Source of the DNA: Micrococcales bacterium
GTDB taxonomy: Bacteria > Actinomycetota > Actinomycetes > Actinomycetales > Microbacteriaceae
Assembly: GCA_947489235.1 (NCBI GenBank)
Contig: CANLDE010000001.1
Span: forward strand, 1-54,700
Direction of reading: 5' to 3'
DNA length: 54,700 nt
Below the pieces are notes generated by a model that was given only the letters and a program-made list of their open reading frames with translations, searched no databases and had not been told where the DNA came from. Numbering within the stretch: position 1 is the stretch's first letter; every line of letters starts with the position of its first letter. Below, one piece after another: positions 9,965 to 17,005 of the stretch. The translations under genes were made by a program, and so were the position numbers.

Positions 9965-12211
9965 ATGTCGGACATATCTAGCGGTGGAGCATTAGCTGCT
10001 CTTAGGTCGCGTCTGCCCAAGATCTTTACTAGGCCTGCTGAAGGCTCAGGTATTGCCGAAGTTCTCAAGTCCGCTAAGAGCTCTCATCCAAAGCTAGATT
10101 TCACTGTAGTTGAAAAAGCATTCGTTGTTGCATCAAGGGCCCATGAGGGCCACCTCAGAAAGAGCGGCGACCCTTACATAACCCATCCTGTTGCAGTTGC
10201 TCAATTACTAGCAGATCTAGGTATTGGTCCTGCCGGGCTCGCTGCAGCGTTACTGCACGACACTGTTGAGGACACTGACTACTCACTAGAAGAACTTAGA
10301 AGTGACTTTGGTGAAGAAATCGCCATGCTTGTTGATGGTGTAACTAAGTTGGATAAAGTCAAATTTGGCGATAACGCTCAAGCAGAGACAGTTCGCAAGA
10401 TGGTTGTTGCAATGTCCAAGGACATTCGAGTGCTGGTTATCAAGCTGGCCGATAGATTACACAATGCCAGAACCTGGGGCTTCGTTCCAGAGGCCAAGGC
10501 GAAACAGAAGGCACAAGAAACTCTAGAGATCTACGCACCGCTTGCTCACAGGCTAGGTATTAGTGCATTCAAGTTAGAACTCGAGGACATTTCTTTCTCA
10601 GTTCTATACCCAAAGGTCTATGAAGAGATTTTGAACCTCGTTCGTCAGCGTTCGCCAAAGCGCGATGAATTTATTGAAACTGTCATTTCAGCTATCGAGG
10701 AAGACCTCAAAGAAAACAAGATTAAGGGCAAGGTTGCTGGTCGACCTAAGCAGTATTACTCCATCTATCAGAAGATGGTTATCGGTGGCAGAGAATTTGA
10801 TGACATCTACGACCTAGTTGGTATTCGTGTAATCGTTCCAGAGGTGAGGGACTGTTACGCCATCCTAGGTTCGGTGCACTCGCACTGGAATCCAGTTCCT
10901 GGCCGCTTTAAAGACTACATAGCGATGCCAAAGTTTAATCTCTACCAGTCTTTACACACCACAGTGATTGGTCCTAACGGGAGACCAGTAGAAATTCAAA
11001 TACGAACACAAGAGATGCATAACCGAGCTGAGTATGGTGTTGCAGCACACTGGAAATACAAGCAACCAGGCTCTGCAGAAAGTATCAGTTCTGAAGATGA
11101 TCTAGTTTGGCTAAAGCATCTCTCTGACTGGCAGCACGAGACAGCTGACCCTAGTGAGTTCTTAGACGCTCTTCGATTTGAGATCGGAGCTAAAGAGGTT
11201 TATGCCTTCACACCTAAGGGAAGAGTTATCGGTCTTACCAAAGGGTCAACACCTGTTGATTTTGCCTATGCTGTTCATACTGAGATAGGGCACCGAACCA
11301 TGGGTGCAAAAGTCAACGGACGCTTAGTTCCGTTAGAAACAGCATTGAACTCTGGAGACGTAGTTGAAATTCTCACATCTAAGTCAGGGGATGCGCACCC
11401 AAGCCAAGACTGGATCAAGTTTGTTCAATCACAGCGAGCTAAGTCTAAAATCAAGGCATGGTTTACAGCTGAACGTAAAGATGATGCAATCGAACGTGGC
11501 AAGGACCTACTGGCTAAAGCTCTTCGCAAGCAAAGCGTTCCAATTCAACGAGCGTTGGCTACCGACATCCTGCTAAAGATAACTAGTGACCTCAGGTTCG
11601 TAGAGCCTTCGGATCTATTTGCCGCTATTGGTGATAGCAATATTTCCGCTCAGTCGGTAGTTGAAAAGATGTCCGCTGCACTATCTGTCGAAGAGGACAC
11701 TGACGAGGCTGTATTCGAAGTTCCTGTCAAAGCTCCTTCGGGTAACAGAGGGCGTAAGGGTGACTCTGGCATCCTCGTTAGAGGGGACTCTGATGTGATG
11801 TGTAAGTTGGCTAGATGTTGCACACCAGTGCCTGGAGATCCGATTCTCGGATTCATTACAAGAGCATCTGGTGTTTCAGTTCATAGAGCTGACTGCAGCA
11901 ACTCAGTCGAGCTTAAGACTCAGCCTGAGCGTCTTATAGAAGTGAGTTGGGAACCTAACTCAAAGAGTTTGTTCCTGGTTCAAATACAAATAGAAGCGCT
12001 CGATAGAGGTGGACTACTCAGCGATGTGACTCGAGTGCTCAGTGAGCATCACGTCAACATTCTCTCTGCTTCAGTGTCAACCAGGTCTGACCGAGTCGCG
12101 CTGAGTAGATTTGTCTTTGAAATGAGTAACCCAGCTGCATTAGAGGGGCTCGTGAATGCGGTGCGTAACATCAACAACGTCTACGACGTTTATCGAGTTA
12201 GTAATTCCTAG
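9965..12211 (+). CDS. rel: Bifunctional (p)ppGpp synthetase/hydrolase Rel (RelA/SpoT homolog)
   Basis: RKSGDPYITHP, LLHDTVEDT (HD), KLADRLHN, FKDYIAMPKFNLYQSLHT, EIQIRT, TGS domain, CCTP zinc region, C-terminal ACT domain. Confidence 0.98.
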   Translation: MSDISSGGALAALRSRLPKIFTRPAEGSGIAEVLKSAKSSHPKLDFTVVEKAFVVASRAHEGHLRKSGDPYITHPVAVAQLLADLGIGPAGLAAALLHDTVEDTDYSLEELRSDFGEEIAMLVDGVTKLDKVKFGDNAQAETVRKMVVAMSKDIRVLVIKLADRLHNARTWGFVPEAKAKQKAQETLEIYAPLAHRLGISAFKLELEDISFSVLYPKVYEEILNLVRQRSPKRDEFIETVISAIEEDLKENKIKGKVAGRPKQYYSIYQKMVIGGREFDDIYDLVGIRVIVPEVRDCYAILGSVHSHWNPVPGRFKDYIAMPKFNLYQSLHTTVIGPNGRPVEIQIRTQEMHNRAEYGVAAHWKYKQPGSAESISSEDDLVWLKHLSDWQHETADPSEFLDALRFEIGAKEVYAFTPKGRVIGLTKGSTPVDFAYAVHTEIGHRTMGAKVNGRLVPLETALNSGDVVEILTSKSGDAHPSQDWIKFVQSQRAKSKIKAWFTAERKDDAIERGKDLLAKALRKQSVPIQRALATDILLKITSDLRFVEPSDLFAAIGDSNISAQSVVEKMSAALSVEEDTDEAVFEVPVKAPSGNRGRKGDSGILVRGDSDVMCKLARCCTPVPGDPILGFITRASGVSVHRADCSNSVELKTQPERLIEVSWEPNSKSLFLVQIQIEALDRGGLLSDVTRVLSEHHVNILSASVSTRSDRVALSRFVFEMSNPAALEGLVNAVRNINNVYDVYRVSNS

Positions 12212-12217
12212 GAATTA
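12202..12217. repeat. 16-bp perfect palindrome TAATTCCTAGGAATTA centred on the overlapping stop codons of rel and DUF349
   Basis: The sequence is its own reverse complement. The central CTAG supplies TAG on both strands. Confidence 0.9.
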
Positions 12218-13443
12218 GCAATAACTACAGCCAACCAAGCCTTCTTGGTTTCAAGAGCGTCGTTAGCATCAGCAATCTTCTTGGCATCGCCACCGGTCTT
12301 TGCTTTCTCAAGGTCGGCTTCAAGTTTGGCAATTGATGCTTCAAGCTGAGTTCTTACAGAGTTAGTGCGATCAACAGTTGCTGGGTCAGATTTTCGCCAA
12401 AGATCGGCTTCGACGTTCTTAATCTTTGATTCGACTGCCTTAAGTCTGTCTTCAATCTTCTTGATGCTATCGCGAGGCACTTTGCCCACTTTTTCCCAGC
12501 GCGATTGAATAGATTGCATTGTTGTTTTAGCGGCCGCTAAATCCTTGCTCGGATCAATCTTCTCTGCTTCTTCTAGGAGCGCTAACTTCACGTCTAGGTT
12601 TGCTTTGAATGCGATGTCGTCGGCCGCCATCTTTTCTGACTTAGCTGCATAAATAGCATCACCAGCAGCCTTGAACTTGGCCCATAGCGAATCATCTGCC
12701 TTGGTCTTAGTCTTTGGCAACGCCTTCCAGGCAGTTAGTAGGTCCTTGTAAGCAGATGTGGCTTCAGCACCCTTTTCAACTAGAGCCTCAGCCTTAGCGA
12801 CAAGATCAGATTTTGCATTCTTGCTTGCTTTGACAAGAGTGTCTTGAGCAGAAAAGAACTGACGCTTGTTTGAATCGAAAGTGTTTCTAGCCTTAGAGAA
12901 GCGTTGCCATAATTCATCAGCCTTTGATTTAGAAACTTTGGCAGAGGATTTCTGCAGGCCCTGCCAAGTGGTAAACAGCTCTAGCATCTTTGCTGAACCA
13001 GTTTTGTAATTGACTTTCTGTGGGTCTTTCGCAGCCAATGCCTCAGCAGCTACGACGATAGCCTCTCTGGCCACTAGCGCTTCAGCAGAGAGCACAGCCT
13101 GCTTTGCTGCGGCCTCTTCTAGAAGCCCAGTGAGCGAAACGCTTACGGTGCTTACTCTGTCTCTTAGAGATTGCAGATCTCCGATGGCAGCAGGGGATTC
13201 AAGTTCGCCAACGAGCTTCTGAGCAGACTTCTGAATTGACTTAACATCTGCCTTGGCTTTCACGCGCTGTTCAAGTAGACGGACTGAGGCCTCTAGATCA
13301 TCAAACTTCTTAACGTAGAAGGCCAAAGCTGCCTCAAGGGTCATAGCAGGTTGGGATCCAATTATTCTCTCGGTGCCTGCATCCAAAACGTAAAAGTTAC
13401 CGTTCTCATCGACACGGCTATATTCGTTTTGAATTGTTGACAC
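12208..13443 (-). CDS. DUF349 domain-containing protein
   Basis: N-terminal RVDENGNFYV. Repeated helical units with W...LW.RF/KF...F signatures (DELWQRFSKARNTF, DSLWAKFKAAGDAI, RWEKVGKVPR). Typical actinobacterial location convergent to rel. Confidence 0.85.
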   Translation of the reverse strand: MSTIQNEYSRVDENGNFYVLDAGTERIIGSQPAMTLEAALAFYVKKFDDLEASVRLLEQRVKAKADVKSIQKSAQKLVGELESPAAIGDLQSLRDRVSTVSVSLTGLLEEAAAKQAVLSAEALVAREAIVVAAEALAAKDPQKVNYKTGSAKMLELFTTWQGLQKSSAKVSKSKADELWQRFSKARNTFDSNKRQFFSAQDTLVKASKNAKSDLVAKAEALVEKGAEATSAYKDLLTAWKALPKTKTKADDSLWAKFKAAGDAIYAAKSEKMAADDIAFKANLDVKLALLEEAEKIDPSKDLAAAKTTMQSIQSRWEKVGKVPRDSIKKIEDRLKAVESKIKNVEADLWRKSDPATVDRTNSVRTQLEASIAKLEADLEKAKTGGDAKKIADANDALETKKAWLAVVIANS

Positions 13444-13466
13444 TTGGGTCTCCCTGATTGTTTGAA

Positions 13467-14273
13467 CTATTTAATCGTAATGTTTTTAATGACGGTGTCT
13501 ACCTTAGGTTTGCCGTCGCCAGACCCACCCTTAACTCCAGCAGCAATGATTGGATCAAGGCCTGCAAGTCCAGCTGTAATCTCACCGAAGACTGTGTAGC
13601 CACCAGCACCATCATTAGGAATCTTTGAGTCTTCATAAACAATGAAGAACTGGCTTCCCATTGTGGAAGGACCATTAGATTGACGTGCCATGGCTAGAAC
13701 ACCCTTTTTGTAAACAGGTTGTTCGCCTTCTTTAGCAATAGGAGTATTTTCAATTGGCCCGAATGAGTAACCAGGTCCACCGGAACCGTCACCTGCAGGA
13801 TCACCACACTGCAAGACATAAATACCTGAAGTGGTTAGTCTGTGACAGCTAATACCGGTGTAGAAACCTAGGTTGATTAGGTCTACGAAGTTTGCAACCG
13901 CTTGAGGAGCAGCTTCTCCATCTAGTTTGATGTCCATGTTTGAAGTGTTAAGTGTCATAACACCAGTCCAGTCACGACATTCGGAAATTGATGCGTCGGG
14001 GATCTTGTTAGGTTGCGGCTTACCGCTAATCTCTGGAGCTGGAGTCTGAGTGAAGTCGATACAGAAGTCTTTCGCAACGCCAGGTCCAAAGCCAAAGTAT
14101 GAATACTGAGCAACCAGTGCTACAACGAATGCTGCGGCTGTGACCAATATCGCAAGTCTGTTGTCCTTTGCTCTCACCTTGATACGGTGATCGACTACAT
14201 GCTGCTTTTGCTCAAAGCTCTTTATGCTCTTCTTTGCCGCTGCCTGTATGTCTTTGCTATTTTTGCTAGCCAA
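13467..14273 (-). CDS. Membrane-anchored cyclophilin-type peptidyl-prolyl cis-trans isomerase (PpiB-like)
   Basis: Basic N-terminus plus TM helix, APQAVANF, CHRLTTSGIYVLQCGDP, LAMAR, GSQFFIVY, YTVFGEI. TTG start with SD GGAGG. Confidence 0.92.
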   Translation of the reverse strand: MASKNSKDIQAAAKKSIKSFEQKQHVVDHRIKVRAKDNRLAILVTAAAFVVALVAQYSYFGFGPGVAKDFCIDFTQTPAPEISGKPQPNKIPDASISECRDWTGVMTLNTSNMDIKLDGEAAPQAVANFVDLINLGFYTGISCHRLTTSGIYVLQCGDPAGDGSGGPGYSFGPIENTPIAKEGEQPVYKKGVLAMARQSNGPSTMGSQFFIVYEDSKIPNDGAGGYTVFGEITAGLAGLDPIIAAGVKGGSGDGKPKVDTVIKNITIK

Positions 14274-14325
14274 TTTTGCCTCCGATTAACGTCCTTAATG
14301 ATTTTAGACGAGTTCCTGGATGGTT

Positions 14326-14331
14326 TAACCT
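14326..14331 (+). promoter_or_regulatory. Putative -10 element (TAACCT), leaderless rarA promoter
   Basis: TANNNT 6 nt upstream of the GTG at 14338. A divergent TAAAAT lies on the minus strand at 14301-14306. Confidence 0.5.
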
Positions 14332-14337
14332 TGAACT

Positions 14338-15645
14338 GTGAAGACTTCCGACCTTTTTGACTTTCCAGTTGGGCTGCCCTTGGCAGCTCGAATGAGGCCT
14401 ACCTCGCTCAGTGACGTCCTAGGCCAAGCAGAAGTCCTTAACCCTTCTGGACCTATAGCCTCGTTTATGGGTAATCCGAAGCCCAGCCAAGCTTTACCTT
14501 CACTGCTTCTATACGGTCCACCAGGTACTGGCAAGACCACTATTGCCAGACTGCTAGCCAGATCTAGCAGCAGGCGCTTGATAGAAATCAGCGCAATCAA
14601 CGCAACAGTCAAGGACCTGCGTGAGGCCATGGAGCTATCCAGATCTGACTCTGCCTCCGGAAAAGGTCCAGCCGTTGTCTTTGTTGATGAAATACATAGG
14701 TTTTCAAAGGTTCAGCAGGAATCACTTCTTCTTGCAGTTGAGGATGGCGAGATAGTTCTTGTCGGCGCTACCACTGAAAACCCGCTGTACGCACTGACTT
14801 CAGCCATGATCTCTAGAACCAGCCTTCTAAGGCTTGCCTTGCTAAGTGAGGAAGTCCTCGAACAACTTCTGGAAAGAGCGCTAACTGACGAAAGAGGGCT
14901 CAACTCCAAGCTAACTGCTACAAGTGAGGCTCTCGCTCTTATTGCTCGAAGAGCAGGAGGAGATGCTCGAAAGGCGCTTACAGTCTTGGAGGCTGCTGGT
15001 TTAGCTGCAGAACAATCTAGCTCAATAGAAATACAAGTCTCGGACATCGAGGCAGCCATGCCCTTGGCTTTGGCAAGATACGATGCCACTGGAGATCAGC
15101 ACTACGACATCATCAGTGCCTTTATCAAATCAATTCGGGGTAGTGACCCTGACGCAGCTCTACACTGGCTAGCACGCATGATTGCTGGGGGAGAAGACCC
15201 AAGGTTTATCGCACGAAGACTAGTCATTCTCGCTTCTGAAGACATAGGGTTAGCTGACCCTTCGGCTCTAGCGCTAGCCAATGCAACGATGAATGTAGTT
15301 GCTCAAATTGGTATGCCAGAGGGAAGAATCCCATTGTCCTCCTGTGTCATTTACTTAGCTCTTGCACCTAAGTCAAACTCGGCCTATTTAGCGATAAATG
15401 CTGCTTTAGCCGATGTTGAGGCTGGTTTCACGCCAGCTGTTCCTGCTCACCTAAGGTCCTCTGGCCTAGCTGGCGATGGCAAGGACTATGAATACCCTCA
15501 CGATCTTGAGGGTAACTTCTCAAGCCAGTCTTACCTTCCTGAAACGGAAGGGCCAAAAACCTATTACGTTCCCAAAGCCAATGGCTATGAGTCGACCCTC
15601 CTAGAGCGCCTAAGAAGGCTTATCGAGCTCAGGGGAAAGAAGTAG
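14338..15645 (+). CDS. rarA: Replication-associated recombination protein A (RarA/MgsA AAA+ ATPase)
   Basis: PLAARMRP, GPPGTGKTT, FVDEIHRF, GATTENP, HYDIISAFIKSIRGSDPDAA, ASEDIGLADP, APKSNS, YEYPHD. Confidence 0.96.
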   Translation: MKTSDLFDFPVGLPLAARMRPTSLSDVLGQAEVLNPSGPIASFMGNPKPSQALPSLLLYGPPGTGKTTIARLLARSSSRRLIEISAINATVKDLREAMELSRSDSASGKGPAVVFVDEIHRFSKVQQESLLLAVEDGEIVLVGATTENPLYALTSAMISRTSLLRLALLSEEVLEQLLERALTDERGLNSKLTATSEALALIARRAGGDARKALTVLEAAGLAAEQSSSIEIQVSDIEAAMPLALARYDATGDQHYDIISAFIKSIRGSDPDAALHWLARMIAGGEDPRFIARRLVILASEDIGLADPSALALANATMNVVAQIGMPEGRIPLSSCVIYLALAPKSNSAYLAINAALADVEAGFTPAVPAHLRSSGLAGDGKDYEYPHDLEGNFSSQSYLPETEGPKTYYVPKANGYESTLLERLRRLIELRGKK

Positions 15646-15685
15646 AGCCGCTAGCAAATCTCTGTTCTAACCGTTAGTATTGACA

Positions 15686-15770
15686 GGTTGCCGACCTTAC
15701 TGATGTTCATGGCTGAGTTCCAGTAAAACGGTGAGTGCATTTCATTTAGCCGATCTGCACCGGGCACAAA
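15686..15770 (+). ncRNA. Candidate structured cis-regulatory 5' leader of rpsD (three stems plus loop-loop pairing)
   Basis: TGCC(15689-92)/GGCA(15763-66), TTACTG(15697-702)/CAGTAA(15721-26), GTGCA(15735-39)/TGCAC(15756-60). Loop segments GGCTGAGT(15711-18) and ATTTAGCC(15744-51) are complementary. Putative -10 TAGTAT at 15675-80. Confidence 0.5.
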
Positions 15771-15806
15771 ACTTATTTCAACTTATGCATTCTTTGAAAG
15801 GAATAC

Positions 15807-16436
15807 GTGTCTAAAACCACTAGAACACGAAGCAAGACTCGCTTGTCTCGTGCATTGGGCATCGCCCTAACCCCTAAAGCCGCAAAATACATGGAGAAGC
15901 GTCCATATGCTCCAGGTCAGCATGGTCGTACCAAGCGTAAGACCGATAGCGACTTCGCCGTTCGTCTTCGCGAGAAGCAGAGACTTCGCGCACAGTACGG
16001 TATCCGTGAAGCTCAGCTTCGCAAGACCTTTAACGATGCTAAGAGAATCGAAGGCCTAACTGGTGAGAACCTAGTTGAGCTTCTTGAGATGAGACTTGAT
16101 GCACTTGTACACCGTGCTGGTTTTGCTCGCACAATGGCGCAGGCAAGACAGATGGTTGTTCACCGTCACATTTTGGTTGATGGCCTTCGTCTTGACCGCC
16201 CATCTGCTCGAGTGAAGGTTGGTCAGATGATCCACGTTCACGAGAGGAGCGAAAGCACAGAACCTTTCCAAGTTGCAGCTGCTGGTGGTCACGTTGACGT
16301 ATTGCCTCCAGTTCCTGGTTACCTATCTGTTGAACTTGATAAGTTGCAGGCAACTCTAGTTCGTCGACCTAAGCGTGCTGAAGTTCCTGTTACCTGTGAA
16401 GTTCAGCTTGTGGTTGAATACTACGCAGCTCGCTAG
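15807..16436 (+). CDS. rpsD: 30S ribosomal protein S4
   Basis: RPYAPGQHG, RLREKQRLRAQYG, LEMRLDALVHRAGFA, ARQMVVHRHILVDG, LVVEYY. SD GAAAGGA. No N-terminal CxxC. Confidence 0.98.
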   Translation: MSKTTRTRSKTRLSRALGIALTPKAAKYMEKRPYAPGQHGRTKRKTDSDFAVRLREKQRLRAQYGIREAQLRKTFNDAKRIEGLTGENLVELLEMRLDALVHRAGFARTMAQARQMVVHRHILVDGLRLDRPSARVKVGQMIHVHERSESTEPFQVAAAGGHVDVLPPVPGYLSVELDKLQATLVRRPKRAEVPVTCEVQLVVEYYAAR

Positions 16437-16451
16437 TAAAGAGGATTACTC

Positions 16452-16799
16452 ATGAATGGTGCAGAGCTAGCAGCACTAATTTGCGCAGGCGCTGTTGTTG
16501 TACTAGTTATCTTTTTGGTAGCAGTACTGCTTAAGCTTTCTAAACTATTAGACGCTGCCTCTGCAACTATTCGTGAAACAGGTGATTCGCTGATTCCTTT
16601 GCTTACTGAACTTACTGAAACAACTAAGTCAACCAATAAGCAACTAGAGAAAATAGATGTAATCACTGACAGCGTTGTTGATGCTACAGGTAACCTCAGT
16701 TCACTGATCTCATCGTTTACTACAACCATTGGTGGTCCATTACTTCGCGTTGGAGAAATCATCCGCGGTGTATCTGGTCTCATGGGTAAGAAGAAGTAA
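16452..16799 (+). CDS. DUF948 (YoxC/YtxG-like) membrane-anchored coiled-coil protein
   Basis: N-terminal TM helix followed by a heptad-like amphipathic region. Characteristic position between rpsD and alaS. SD GAGGA. Confidence 0.8.
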   Translation: MNGAELAALICAGAVVVLVIFLVAVLLKLSKLLDAASATIRETGDSLIPLLTELTETTKSTNKQLEKIDVITDSVVDATGNLSSLISSFTTTIGGPLLRVGEIIRGVSGLMGKKK

Positions 16800-16804
16800 G
16801 TACG

Positions 16805-17005
16805 ATGCGTAAGACCGCTGTCCTAATTGCTGGGATTGCTATCGGGGTGTATCTGGCTAGACAGATCGAAGCCAACCCTGAAGCAAAGAAAACAATTGAT
16901 AACGCAGGCGACAAAATTCGCACATTCGCTGCTGCAGTCTCCGAAGGCTATCGCGAACAAGAGGCTAAAGCTAGTAAACCTGCTAAGAGCAAGCCAGCGC
17001 GATGA
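16805..17005 (+). CDS. Small hypothetical membrane protein (66 aa)
   Basis: TM segment AVLIAGIAIGVYLA, then FAAAVSEGYREQEA and a basic tail. Fills the gap exactly and its stop overlaps the alaS start (ATGA). Confidence 0.75.
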   Translation: MRKTAVLIAGIAIGVYLARQIEANPEAKKTIDNAGDKIRTFAAAVSEGYREQEAKASKPAKSKPAR

